DNA of 64,000 nucleotides, from NCBI GenBank assembly GCA_905331295.1, contig CAJNYD010000034.1:62001-126000 (forward strand), read 5' to 3'. This DNA comes from Rotaria socialis (Eukaryota). Shown here one piece after another: positions 12,957-26,591 of this stretch. The notes under the pieces were generated by a model that was not told the origin of the DNA, did not search any database, and saw nothing but the letters and a program-made list of their open reading frames with translations. The translations under genes and the position numbers were made by a program. Numbering within the stretch: the stretch's first letter is position 1; each line of letters opens with the position of its first letter.

Positions 12957-15900
12957 TCATCGAACTATCGTCGTTGGCTGTTGTTTTATAGTCGATATAT
13001 TATTTTTTACAAGATGCGAATGCATTGTCAATACATGTTTTGAAAAACGACTTCTCCCTTGAAGAATATCACCACATATTTTACAGCGAACACGTACATT
13101 TTCGTCATAATCGGATGGCTAAAAATGAAAAACAAATAATTCTATTAATTGTAAACATCATCGTTCTTTGTTTAAGTTTTGTTTCAATATTCTATATCTG
13201 CTTTTATAAGTTATTGGAAATAGTTGAAAATAGTCAGATAGAATATGAATTTCACACACTTTATTAAAATATAAAACTATGCATTTTAAAAATCTTGCTA
13301 TAAGTATTTCATTTGTGCGCGACAACTTCATGTATTTGGAGAAGAATGAAAATAATCAACTGACTATTAGAGAATAACCATTTGTTTATATGAAATCTGT
13401 CTTTTGACATTCATCTTTTCTCAGGATAATATATTACAACAATTGTATTTCATTTGAAAGAATTTAATTTTCTCATAAACATCTGTCTTGATATAAAATT
13501 GAAAGTTATAATTCGAAAATAAATTTTCCTGATGTTCTCATAAAGAAAATATTGTAAAATTAAAGTGTCTTCCTAAAACTATGCCCAAGATTTGGATTCT
13601 TTCTAGGCTATTCACAGCTCACTTCGATTTCTATGATACACATAGTTCTAACTCGAAAGCAAAAATGAATCTTATGGTAAATTTTCTTTCAAATTGCAGT
13701 ATAGGGCACATTCATCGTGCTTACGTCCTATTTTCTAAATTTCTAGCCAATTAAATGTTAAAACATCTGTCAGTCAATAGCTGATGCATGCATCGATACT
13801 CTTAAAAAAGAAACTTCAACATCAAGTTGTCAGTTCTCATCTTCCATAGTGCAATACACATAGCCATTTTTTATGAGCTATTCCAGAATTAAAACGGTTT
13901 AGGGTATACATTTAGAAAAGTCAACATAAAATTCTGTTCTGCGAGTTTTAAAAGTATTATGGGAATTGATTTCATGCATAGAACTCGAACTCTAAAGCGA
14001 TTTTCACGATGGAAAATTTTCCTTGTAAAAAGATCGTTCATCTCTTTGAATATGGTTTTTACACTGAATTCAGTATAATACTTTATGTAACGCTAAAATA
14101 ACAATCTAAAATTACCTGATGACCATTAGATTTGTAAGTAACATTGCCATTTACAGATTTTTCTGAATGTTTCCTATTCGAGGATGGAATAGTTCTTTTC
14201 ATTTGTGGTGGTGAATGACATATAATAATTTCTTCATCGTTTATTTTGGATTTTTCGTTCAAATTTTCAATATTATTCAATGATGGTATCGATTGCTGAT
14301 CATGATTCAATATTTGAACATATTCAACCGAACTGCTAGATGCTTGTCGTTGTTTATGCCGATTTTTTTGTTTGGATTGATAGTTTTGCATAGGAGTAAG
14401 ATTATCATCACTAGCATCATCATCATCATCATTCTCTTGTTCCATATCATCCATAGTTGTCGTAATAGCAGTAGGTGATAGTGAATGTTTTGCCCGTCGT
14501 AGCTCACGTTGTCGGCGACGTTTTTCTGCTGATCGTTCAACTGCTAGAGTAATGGTTGGTGATATACTACGTTTTAATGCCGTTGTAGATTGTTGTCGTG
14601 AGTTTTTTGAAGATGTTCGAGTTGATACTGATGAATTACTTGACATAGAAGACAATGAACGTGCTAAAATAAAATAGATTTATTAAATGCTCTTCAAATA
14701 ATAATAATTAACAGTAGTAGAATGAAAACTAATTTACCAAAGGTAGGCTTAGGTTTAGTTAAGATTTTTGTGGACAAAATTAAAGTAGATGAGGATTGTT
14801 CACCGGCAGCCACTTTTGTTTCATTCGTCTAAATAAAATTAATAGTAAGAAGATAGTGAAAAAAGACCTAATTAAACTTTTCATTTGATTACTTTAACTT
14901 GTTGGTCAATAGTTGAAAGAAGTTTTTTCTTCGATGGTGACGATGATAAATCATCGGAGAACGATGATATAACTCGTTTCAACGATAAACGTTTTTGATT
15001 TGTATTTAAACTTTCTTTAGATACTATTGGACTATTATTCACCGTTGATTTATTTACCAATTTCGATACAATGGAACCATGTACAAATGGAGTACCTTTC
15101 GGTGTGATTGCTATCTTATATGGATAATTTTTTATAAGTTTATTATAGGATGAAAGATGTTCTAAGCATAAATTAGCACATGTTCGATTTTCATGTTGAC
15201 ATGAAGGAAATATACAATCATATTGTTCTTGTTTTATGCGATGATATTCTTTAACTAATTGTTTATCAATAAGTCCAAAACTAGATGCTTGTTTAGATAA
15301 TAAGAATTTTATTGATTCAATACTATCGTCATCAGAAGAAGCAACATTTATAGTTAAGTTTTGTTCAACTTGTAAAACAATATCATAAAGAATATTTCGA
15401 CAAAGATTATATTCATATTGTTCATGTTTATTTAATAAATGATATTCAAGTGTTCTTGAACATGGAAATGATAAAAAACATTGATGACATTGAAATAATT
15501 TTGATGATAAATCACCCAATGGTAAACGTTTTTGTTCACAGGCAGTTTTAGTTATAAATGGAAATTGTTGTGTAGAAAAAGCAGTAACTAAATATGACGA
15601 TATATAACTATAATCTGGTAGGTTATCTTGAGAATAAGTTAAATGAAAACGTTGTTGATGATTTTTAAGTGCACGATGTGAACGAAATTTTGTATTACAA
15701 TCTGGACAATAGATGGATTTATGTGAATGAGACATATGAATATGATAATCAAGTCCGTAGCCACTAGCAAAGTGTTTTAAGCATTGTTGACACACGTAAG
15801 AAAAAGAAATAGAATGATTTTCGTTTAGATTATATTTGATTTCTTCAATAGACCTTGATGTCAACTAGAAATATAATAATAGTAATAAAAAGATTTAATT

Positions 15901-16393
15901 ACCAACCAATATAATTTAGATAATACCTACTACTTGGAGTAAACAATGATGATCTTCAATTAACAATAATGTATGTTCATTAAATGATAAAAATCGATTA
16001 AATGGTGTTTTTGATTGTCGTGTTAGTTGTTCGTTATCATCTTTACTGATGGAACGTAAAAACACATTCATGACGATAAAAATATTGTTGATAATCGGGC
16101 ATTGGAGAGATATATATGTATAAATATGTATATGAACAATCTATCGCAAGAAAGGAAAAAAAGCAAAATTTAAGAAATAAATAAGATTAAGATAGAAAAA
16201 ATAAACTTTGAGATTCTAGCATTTCAACAACAATAAGAATATGACTTTTTTTGTTTTTGCTCTGAACCTGAATACGACATCTGCAGTCGACCTCATTGCA
16301 TCTCTAATTTATTGGAAAGAAGAATAAGAAGAAAAAAGTTTAGACTTACAGTTAGCACAGAAATTACCTTAAACTCAGTATGATGTCCATCAT
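12957..16393 (-). CDS. C2H2 zinc-finger protein (about 4 fingers), multi-exon
   Basis: Fingers CQQC..HIHMSH, CPDC..HQQRFH and CHQC..HLLNKH in 14881-15864. Ser/Arg/acidic exon in 14117-14663. Terminal exon 12957-13118 encodes CKICGDILQGRSRFSKHVLTMH. The 5' end is tentative. Confidence 0.75.
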
Positions 16394-18039
16394 TGTTCGC
16401 TAATATAATAGATAATCTTCTCTGATTCTATTGTTTTCTTATCGATAATTTCAACGAATATAATCTGCCCAAAGATAATACGAAAGGCGTAGAAATTAAA
16501 ACAAACGAAAAAAAGCAAATAGAAATGACACACAACAATAGAATGAACATTCTATCATAATTCGCTCAAATACATACATCCGCCAATGAATGGTGATGAT
16601 TTTTGTATGCGCGTATTCTTAAATAGAACAGTAAATGTATGAAAAATGTAACGTTTGCTTTCGAACACACGATGAACACACAATAAAATTTTAGAATAAA
16701 ATTAATATATTTTATTATATAAAAGCATGATAAGATCCTATAAATAATTTATACATCTATCAATAATCGTTATCGTTTCATTCGCCGCCATGTTGCTTTT
16801 TTTGTATAATGTACCTCAATAATGACGCTACATTACAGTACAACGCGATGTAGGCAAATGGATAGTCAAACAAAGTATTTTTCATATATTAGACAATCAA
16901 ATTTCTATTATCGTAACAAAGATTTCGCCTTTTATGAAAGAAAACTAGAAATCAGTATGATTAGATGATCAGTGATAAAAAAAAGAATGCATTTTAAATC
17001 CATGCCGTGAACAGATGTTATTGTAATCGAATAAATGCAAAAGAGTCTTGATATTTCAAAGTTGTTTCTACTTTTCTTTTTGTATTATACTTATTATTGA
17101 ATACATGCTCAACAGTGATATGAGAGACTATTGAAGCTGTTGCATTCTATTTTTCTCTTTCAACAAGGGATCACTCCTAAAGGACATCTAATTACAGGCG
17201 GGAATAGTGTCAGTGAGAATTATTTGTATCTTCACACACACTATCCATCACCTTGTTTCTTCTGACGTATTGCCGTCGAAAATTAAAAATTAATTCGATG
17301 CAAAATAAGATGAAGTAATTCAATATGTCGTTGAAATTATATTACAAATTGTACAACACGAATAGATAGTTATTATCGACAATATAGGTTGAGCTTGAGT
17401 TTGTTGTACTTTCTGTTAAATGTTGTGTAATATATTTTGAAAACAAATATTTAACAATAGATTATATTCTTTATTTAAAATTTTTTATGAACTTTTAATA
17501 ATCAACGTTCATGAGTTGATCGAATTCATTGATTTTGTTCCTGAAATTAATTGAGTCGGGGTATAAAAATTTTTCATCTGATGAACTATAGAGTTGTCTG
17601 AGAAATATACATAGTGCGCTAGCTATCGAACACTAATCCTACTAGAGAAAAAAAATCTTGTGTTCAATTTGTTTTTGAAATTTCAATGATAAAATCTTTC
17701 ACTGAGGATATCAATTGACGATTCGACAAGACGTCTAATTTTTGAAATTAGTAATGTCTCGAAGAAAATTAGTTACGTAAAACCTAAGGAAATGGGTAAA
17801 GCTATGTGGTCTTTTTTTTCTAGGCATCCTATGAGAATACTTTCTAAGTATATCATGACTTACAGTATAAATTCAGTTTCATTCATACTACTAAACAATT
17901 ACTAAGAAACTCCTATAATAGAGATAATTATTGATGGCCCGCATATTTCAAAACTGACGTAATTAAAGCATATGATACAAGTTTTTAATAGTTATATTTC
18001 TTTTATTTCTTTAACAACACAGGCAACTACTTGAAAGTT

Positions 18040-18780
18040 TTACATAAAATCGTCATCATAATCAGCTTCTTGCTCATAATCATGTTCCTCGTCACCAAAA
18101 GCGCCAAAGTCGGCTTGTCGGCCAGTCTTGAGTTGTGGTTTAACTTGTTTTTTAGTTTTTGCTTTTGCTTTTTTCTCACGCTCTTCGCTTTGTTTACGTA
18201 AAAATACTGCTTGTAATGTTGCTTGCAAGTGTTTAACACCGTCAATTGACATCGATTTGGTGATCCCAGTTAGAAAATCATCAATAAATTCAGAATAAAA
18301 TTCAGACTTCGATAAATTTTCAAGACGATTATACAGACGAAAACTGTAATTAAGAAATTCTTCTTTTGTTACTAAATTAATATTTTCTAATGAATGATGT
18401 TCACTATCATTTTCAACTAATTCGGATATCATATCTAATTTATCTTGTTCTTGTTGTATTTCTCTTCGTTTTTGTATTTGATCAAGTTCATCAGGTGTAT
18501 AATCTCTATCTGGCTCTTGTACAAGTTTTTGAGCGTCTTCATTGTCGGTAGTCTTTTTTTTATTTGTCTTAGATTTACTTGTTGATGCTGGTTTCACTAC
18601 TTGTTTTGGTTTTTCTTCGATTTCTGGCTAAAGAAGGAGAATTTTTTAATGATCAAACAAAATGAATAATACAAATGAACAAACTTTTTCATCTAATGCA
18701 GTTTCCCAATCTGCAGGAGCGTCATCGTCGTCTTTTACTTCAGCAGTGATTATACTATTGTCTTGCCAATGATCAGCCAT
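18040..18780 (-). CDS. EIF3J: Translation initiation factor 3 subunit J (2 exons)
   Basis: MADHWQD...PADWE acidic N-terminus, RREIQQEQDKLDMISEL, TKEEFLNY helical core, and C-terminal EADYDDDFM. Confidence 0.9.
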
Positions 18781-19533
18781 GATCAAATGAAATAATAAAT
18801 TTCAAATCTAGAATAACAAACAGTACGAATAAACGAGATCATTCGCCAAGTTAAAAATTCATAATAAAATAGAATTATTCCACTTTTATTATTATCTCAA
18901 TAATTGTTTGATAGCTATAAATAGAAAAACCAATTGGATAGTTTGCTCGGATATTACTTATTTTTGTGTATATTGTAATTCGCTTGTTTTCAAAATCTTC
19001 TAGACAATCTTAGTTTTCCATAGTTTACACAAAATTTTCAGATTCGACTCAATTCCATTACTGGTGTTCCATGTAAAACAGAAGCGCAATAATGCAATTT
19101 GCAACTGGAATCAATGACTATTGTCCATGTTGTTATCAGAATAAAAGGTCTTCTTATAGGCTCTATTCTTTCGAAATAATCTTTCGATACAATACAATAT
19201 TTAGCTTCGAATTAACCAATCACATTGCGTGATCCAACATTATTTGGTTGGGTCCTAAGTTGTAGCTTATCATATGCAATTAGAACCAATAGAATCGCTG
19301 TCCAATGTTTACTCTCATCCATCCAATCAGTGTTTGACATAAAATAGCTGTTGTATGTATGTTAATTATGTGATTTGTGCGAAACGAATTAGAAATATTT
19401 TTTTAAGAATCCTTCTATACTATATTAACTGTAATGCTAGTGCTCAACTAATATTTAAATATTATTTAGGATAAAACTATTAAAAGTTAATAGCCTTCTA
19501 TTTTAGAAAATGACTCAAAAATTCAGTTGAGAT

Positions 19534-19782
19534 CCCAGGTGGAAAAAACGGCCCGTAAACGGCCTGAAACGGCATAAAAACGGCGCCGTTTTCCGTCAGC
19601 TCGGAAAACGAAGAGAATAATGTTAAAAAAGCGATGCCCGTTTTCTAGCAAAAAAACGGCCCGTAAAACGAGCTGACGGATTACGGCGAAATAGGGTGAA
19701 AATTAATGCCGTTTTATATCGTTTTATAGCCGTTTCAGGCCGTTTCCGATGGCCTTTCAGGCGACCGGATGATCCTCCTGGG
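19534..19782. mobile_element. Short CCC-terminated non-autonomous DNA transposon (CACTA/CMC-like MITE)
   Basis: Ends CCCAGGTGGA and (reverse complement) CCCAGGAGGA. Dense AAACGG/CCGTTT subterminal repeats and GC content well above the flanks. Confidence 0.75.
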
Positions 19783-19823
19783 GACGTTAAATTACAGAAA
19801 GAATTAAAATTTTCTCATATCTT

Positions 19824-19929
19824 CCCAGGTGAATGCAACCGATACTGAATCCGATCGGAGCTTATAAAACTCGACGAGTCGACAACGTCTTATGGGATTC
19901 CGGGTTGAGGAATTACTAACGGATCCCTA
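19824..19929. mobile_element. Truncated MITE end, same family as 21452-21806
   Basis: ~105 nt starting CCCAGGTGAATG are a close inverted copy of 21701-21806. Interrupted at a TA by another CCC-ended element. Confidence 0.75.
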
Positions 19930-21449
19930 CCCAGTCAAACAAATCTCTAAATAAAACGCGTTAAAACGCTGCTTTAACGATAGACAATCGTAAAAACGCC
20001 GTTTTTTCAATTTTTGAACGCATGTTAACGCGTTGCAACATTTAAGCGTTAAAATATGTAGCTTTGTTTTTAGATTTATTCATTAACAACCCAGATTACA
20101 CGAATTTTTATGGGTGCCTTTCTTAACACGTTTTATTATGTCCAACATTTACTAATTATTTCTATTTTTTCTGAAGCAACTTAGCTTCTTTTAACTACTT
20201 AATTCGAACCTGGAAATTAGCAAAAAGGGAATATATCTTTTAAAATTAACTTAAGCGTTTAAATACATCTGATATGTCGTCAAACTTTCTATGCGAATAA
20301 ACGATCATTGCGTTGAAGAAATATTACAAAACATCTGAACTGTTTGACTCCTATACAGATGTTAGAATATGTAGGTCCTCATCATTCAAGATATCAATTG
20401 TTTGTAAATCCTTTTTGATAAAACTGAAATTCGATGCTGATATACGTGTGATGTCGCGTGGGTGTCCATATTCATTTTCGTTGTATTTAACTATACTTCC
20501 TCTGATAAATGATCTAGAAGTTAATGGTATAGGAACTGAAACAGTTGAACATAGATGCATAGTAAAAGATAAAATAAACAAGCGTAAATGAGAAAAACAG
20601 TAGCCTTTTTAAGTTTTTATGTGGATTCTAGGCGATTTGGAAATAGATGGAATTCAAAAACAGAATCCAGCTTTTCATGTAATCGATAAGCAACTTTTTC
20701 TTGTATTGCATTATAATGAATAGAAACGATGCTTCGTGGTTTTGTTAACATTGCAAAAATAAAGAAATCATTTGTGTATTCCGTCCCATTAAGTGAAAAG
20801 GAACCATAACCACTAATTTTCGCTTGATCCACAATGAATAAAATTTCGTCGGTATGCTTGAGTTTGACAATTCCTGCAATTATACCGAGATGAAGATTAT
20901 TTGATTCATCAGCATAAACCACAGTTGAATTATCCACTTGTTTATTTGTTGGACAATGTATCTTGAATGCTACATCTTTAGCAATGTATGATGAATAATG
21001 AGTGAATATGCCCCTTGTCATATGTGGTCTCGAGATACGTAGCTACATGTAAAAGTTTAACAGATGTTTGATGAGCAAAATGAGGCTGAATATTTTGATT
21101 GATGGAAGTTGGTATCACTTGTCGCTTTGAGCAAAACATTTGATGTATGAGTAGAGCAATTTTTGGATGAAACGATGGCTTCTTGAGAATAGTAGTAGCA
21201 TAAGATGTTAGTTCCAAATTGTTCACAAGCTCAGGTATCATTACGGACGAGCCATATATTGATTTTACGATTGATCCTAATTAGCAAAAAAACAACAATA
21301 CACTAGATATGCACACGTTTTCATTGTCGAACAAGAACTTATGTCAAAATGAGTCGAAAAACGTGACAAGATGCACCCATCGTCTGTCTCGTGGAATGTA
21401 GACACCAGAGATATCCATGCTGGAGTCACTGCTGCAACACCACAGCATC
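19930..21449 (-). mobile_element. Partial CACTA/CMC-like element carrying degenerate transposase C-terminal coding sequence
   Basis: Terminus CCCAGTCAAAC preceded by TA, with AACGCGTT-like subterminal repeats. Frameshifted minus-strand ORFs 20978-21241 and 20617-21021 end FPNRLEST*. The second terminus was not found. Confidence 0.55.
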
Positions 21450-21451
21450 TA

Positions 21452-21806
21452 CCCAGGACTAGCAATCCCATAGTTGAATCCAACCAGATTCAATCGGATT
21501 TCGATCGGTTCCTGCAAGATTCTAAGTAAATTCGGGTTGTGAACCCACTCACGGATCCCTAGTGTTGGAATCCGATCGATTCTTGCAGGAACCAGTCAAA
21601 ACCTGATAGGTTTCTTTAGGATCTCGTTGGAATCGAACTCCTGAAATTCCTATCGAACTCGGTAGTTGCATTTGGTCGGATGTTCACTGGATTCCAACAC
21701 TTGGGATCCGTTAGTAGTTTCTCAACCAGGAATCCCATGGGGCTTTGTCGGCTCGTCGAGTTTTGTAAGATCCGATCAGATTCGGTATCGGATTCATTCA
21801 CCTGGG
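21452..21806. mobile_element. CCC-terminated MITE with TA target-site duplication
   Basis: TA|CCCAGG ... CCTGGG|TA. Long degenerate internal inverted repeats (CGGATCCCTAGTGTTGGAATCC at 21552 versus its reverse complement at 21689-21710). Confidence 0.8.
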
Positions 21807-21810
21807 TATA

Positions 21811-22211
21811 CCCCGGTCGAAGAAAACGATCAGTAAACGGTCGTATACAATACAAATACGGTCGTATGTTCTATAGAATACGATAATATTACGCCGACTG
21901 TTCGAGGTTTTACGACTGATATACGGTGTCCGTGTATGGCCGTAATACTTCCCTTGTTAAAACGCCTTAATTCAGCTTAAAACGACCGTTTACGGTCAGT
22001 GTTTCTAACAGCAGGTGTACACAGCAAAAGCAAAATGTGCGGAACACCTGCTGTCTTTGAAATACACTTTGCTTTTTGCTGGGAAAACGTGCAAAATATT
22101 CAAAATATATAGGTAAACTGTGGATATACAATTTGCTCAAAATTTCTATTAGAAGCACTGTTTACGGTAATACTCCGCCGGTTTACGGTGGTCCGTTTTG
22201 ATCGACCAGGG
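21811..22211. mobile_element. CCC-terminated MITE
   Basis: Ends CCCCGGTCGAAGAAAACG and (reverse complement) CCCTGGTCGATCAAAACG. TACGG/CCGTA subterminal repeats. Flanks TA and CA. Confidence 0.75.
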
Positions 22212-23534
22212 CAGTTTCAACGTGATTTCAACCGTTTAGATTTTGGAACCATAAACATTTACGTATCCATATTAAATATGATTATCGACGACTACATCCA
22301 AATCGGACGCTGATATCATATAGATATATCGAGCTCGACGAGTTGATTGTTGTAAATTAATATTCGATATATATGCGTAAGAATGTTAAGTAAAAATTTT
22401 GGTTTCTAAACGGAAAGATAAATGATAACCTCAAATCGATGATGTCAGTGGGATCTAGGAATGGACCATTTTAGATGACTTACTTGAGACATCAGCAGCA
22501 AGTTTTAAGCATATTTTTAGCCGAATTCAGCAGTAATCATTTAAAATATATAAGACTATATGGTATCAATAAATAGATTAGATTAAGCTATAAGTACAAC
22601 AAAATGAATTTGAGATATCAAAAAAGTTAGTACGATGAAACCGGCACGGATATACTGTTACATGGAAGTGTTTGGGGGAGAGAAAAAAACGATACTGAGA
22701 AATTTTCAAAAGTCAAATTATTTTTATGTATTGAATCAATGTTTCTTTTACTCTTTCCTTCATTGTATTGATTTTTTTCTGTAAAAAAGCACAACCTCAT
22801 CTGTAAAATTATTTTTCAAAGTTGTCTTCATCTTCAATATTAGTTTATATCATTCATCATGTCACTTGTCATTAATCATTCATTCAGTTGTCTTTGAACG
22901 TTTCCCTTCTACCACCGATCGATTGTTACAATGACAACAGTCACAATATAACAAAGACATACCTTTTTGATCGCCAGATACAAGAGTAACTCTATTAGAG
23001 CAGTAAAAGAAAACCTTTGAAAAGAAAATGATACGTTTTTAGAAATGTGATTGCAACAAATTCTACCCAGTGAAAAATATTCCAAAAATAAAACGGCTAA
23101 GAATGCGTTCCAAAAAAAGGAAGCCCTTTTTTTAAGAAAAGAAAGCGTTCCAGTATAGATGGAAAGCGTTCCAAAATGGAACGGTCAAGAAAGCATTCTG
23201 CTACTGTTGGAACGCTTTCCATTCTGGGAAAAGAAAGCTCCTAGTTCTTTGGAAAGCGTTCCATTTATTTCCAACTCAGAACGGCAAAGAACACATTTAG
23301 CAACTTCTATGATTTTTCCGCACCTACAAGAAAAATTTCGTATACTTGTAGAACATGTTCCTGACCTTTTTCCTTTTCGAACGCAAATAAAAGTTTCTAT
23401 GATTTGAGGAAAGCATTCACACTAATTATTATCAAGCGAACGTTTGAAATCATATTCTAAATCATGCAAAATTTTATTTGAATATTCAACTACTTTCCTC
23501 TCCACGTTTCTATCTAATCACCTATTAACACCGT

Positions 23535-24010
23535 TACCTATCTAGCCGTCTATCCGTTTCCTATTTACCTACCTAGCTACCTACCTATCTAACTAACTAC
23601 CTAGCTACCTACCTATCTAATTAACTACCTAACTACCTACCTAGCTACCTACCTACCTATCTAGCTATCTAACTACTTACCTACTTATCTAACTACTTAC
23701 CTACTTATCTATCTAGCTACCTACCGATCTAACTAACTATCTAACTACCTACCTACCTATCTAACTAACTATCTAACTACCTACCTATCTATCTAGCTAT
23801 CTAACTACTTTACCTACCTATCTATCTAACTATTTACCTACCTATCTATCTAACTACTTACCTACTTATCTACCTATCTACCTACTTAACTATGTAGCTA
23901 TCTATCTACTTACCTATCTGGCTAACTAACTACTTACCTACTTATCTATCTAACAACTTACCTACCTATCTAACTACCTATCTAGCTGTCTAACTGCTTA
24001 CCTACCAATA
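23535..24010 (+). repeat. Degenerate tetranucleotide array (CTAC/CTAT/CTAA) inside the transposon
   Basis: About 475 nt built from CTAC, CTAT, CTAA, CTAG and TTAC units. Strongly G-poor on the + strand. Confidence 0.9.
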
Positions 24011-24391
24011 TAGCTCTCTAACTACTTGCCGACCTCTCTAAGTGCCAAATTAATTCCTTCATATTCACCTATTTATTTAACTACTTGTCTCCCTATTAAT
24101 TTATTGCATATTCAAATATCGATTTGTATACTCCACTAATTATTTAGCTTCTATGTTAAACTTATACTTAACCTTTTCCAGATCAGTTTCAATCGTGGCA
24201 CATGACACTTCTGTTATGCATCTGTATCATATGTGAAAATTATTGTGTTTAAATTCATGTTCTACATATGTATCGAAATAATTGGACGATGATGACATCT
24301 ATTTATTACTATACTAATCAGCGTATCACTTCCATTTTACGATCCATTATTCGTCTTTATAATTCTATTTCGTAAAAAAAATATTTCTAGA

Positions 24392-24660
24392 TTGAAATTT
24401 GGTATAATCGATAAATTTATTGTTTGTGAACGTGTAAAAAAACAATTATTTATTCACGTTTATGAACTAGAAGATGAATATTCTGATTCTGTAACCGTAA
24501 ATAATATCATTGTTGAAAATTCAAATACAGCCATTGGAAGAATAAATTTTGACGTTTCAATACAAATTGAATATTCACAAATTGTAGAAAAGGTTTTTTT
24601 CTTCAACAAGATGAGAAATTTTTCTTTGTTCGCTTGCCAAATATAACTGAATCATCTTAA
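24392..24660 (+). pseudogene. Transposase-like C-terminal remnant
   Basis: KFGIIDKFIV...QIVEKVFF, then after a frameshift VRLPNITESS*. Same pattern as LGIIAGIV...IQEKVAY...FPNRLEST* at 20617-21021. Confidence 0.55.
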
Positions 24661-26447
24661 TACTCCTTTTATTTTTTTATTTTCATGCATAAAATGTTGA
24701 TGATTCTTTTGATTATATTGTGAATAAAAATATCTCTATATTATTAATTAACCCTCGGTCGTAATAATGGATACTTATAATACAAACTAAAAAATTATGG
24801 TGATCTATATTCATCTAACAAAAGTCACTCAGAAAAAAATTTATTGATTTGAGAAAGTACAGGAACGTAGGTTGTGGTCTTGAAAATTTATTCTCAATGT
24901 AGTATAATGCGTTCCATAGTCTTATGAAACAGACGAGAACGTGTTCCATTATTTTAAAAATTATTCTTAACTTAGAAGAAAGTTTCATGTATTGTTTGGA
25001 GTGATCGAGCACGCATTCTTCTTGTTTATGAATTATTCTATTCCACTGAAAAAAATTCGTCAGTATCTTGGAATCTGTTCTTAAACGACTCTAAAAGGAA
25101 CGTCACAGAATACGATATCGGCTTTACAGAATCCGTTCTCTGACTTTCGAAAATAGAACGAAAAGGAATCATCAAACAAGGTTAGAGAATGATTCAGAAC
25201 GGTTTCCATTCCTTTGAAGGACAATTCTGAAAAGGAAGGAAAGCTTTCTACAATAGAATGGAACGGTGAAGAATGCGTTCCCTCAAATGTAGAACGTGTT
25301 CTTGTTGAGTATGAAAGTATTTATCAAAGTATAGAAAGCGTTCTCTAAAGAAAAGAACGCTTTCTAGTTGACAAGGAACTCCGTCTTGTCCGTTCTTTTT
25401 TTGGAATATTTTTCACTGGGTATTTCATTAAAAGGTGCAATTTAACAAGTCCAAGACATGAGATGTATTGCTTTGCGAGGGATTCAACTTTTTTTCTCAA
25501 AATTTAAAGTATGGTTTTGTTTTATTTATGCTAGTGCATGTCGTTTAAGATTTTTCATCACAGCCACTATTCTTTTTGCTCTTAGAAAATAAAAAATGTT
25601 TTTTATACGTTTTTTTAAATTCAATGATAACCGAAAACAATGAACAATATAATGAAACGAGATTGCTGACAACGATGATAAACATATAGACGAATACTTC
25701 ACTAGAAAAATTCATTACACATTGGGATGAATTTATTGGAATATTTCTATGATTATTTCAAACGTTAAAGATTTTCTTACATTCACGTATTTTTTTTCTC
25801 GGGATCACACATTATATTGATAGTGAGCGGACAGAGCAGAAAAGAACACATCTTCAGCAAATCAATATCAAATGGACTACCTATGTCGCCGTCTAAAACC
25901 AATTAAAAAGGCTGAACTCTTATACAGTATACTCATCGGTAAAGAAAATCATTCTGAGTCGAAATGTGATTCTGCTTCCGTTCAAAAACTGGCAGCAATA
26001 GTCCACTTATCGAATAACTAGATAATCAATTGATAAAATAATTTGAAAAATATTCTCAGTATTTTCGATTTCAATCCTGAGAAAATGCACACACTGTTAA
26101 CGATATAAAGCGTAAAAGTTTGATATACTGCTGCTATTTTTTTAAATCGAGCTTAATATTCTTCAATTGAATTGTATTTATCAAGAACATTCTACTGTTT
26201 AATACAGATTTGAAAAATTATTAATTGACCGAATGAAATTCATTTGCATTTTCTCTCGATACAAAAAAAAATTCAGTTTTCAGTTCAAATAGTCCATTTA
26301 ATCGATAATGTATTAAAATAGAAAGATGTTTTTAAGCGTGGGTGTGCATTATTGATATTTCATAGGAGCAAATTTCAAAAGTTAATATTATTGCGTTATA
26401 TCGATATGAGAATAAAATCATCTGGAGATAAGACCGGCATGAGAGAC

Positions 26448-26454
26448 TATAAAT
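26448..26454 (+). promoter_or_regulatory. Candidate TATA box of the secreted-protein gene
   Basis: TATAAAT lies upstream of a 54-nt GT-AG 5'-UTR intron (26525-26578) and ATG 26592. Confidence 0.4.
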
Positions 26455-26591
26455 CGTGGCAAACTTGTATTTAATTAACTGTTTTACGAAAGCTCTCTTC
26501 CTTATTTCCCGTGATTTATAAAAGGTAAGATGACTACATTCAAACGCCATCGTTTTCGAATATTTGATTATTATTTAGACAATCCGTGAAA

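Larger units (their letters stand above)
23066..25420. mobile_element. 2355-bp non-autonomous CACTA/CMC-like DNA transposon
   Basis: Perfect 23-bp TIR CCCAGTGAAAAATATTCCAAAAA, extending imperfectly to about 46 bp. TA TSD at 23064-23065 and 25421-25422. GAAAGCGTTCC/GAACGCTTTC subterminal arrays. Internal transposase-like remnant. Confidence 0.9.

Noticed and set aside
23535..24010. CTAN array as telomeric repeat or CRISPR
   Set aside because: No constant repeat with unique spacers and no uniform telomere unit. It lies inside a TIR element in eukaryotic DNA.
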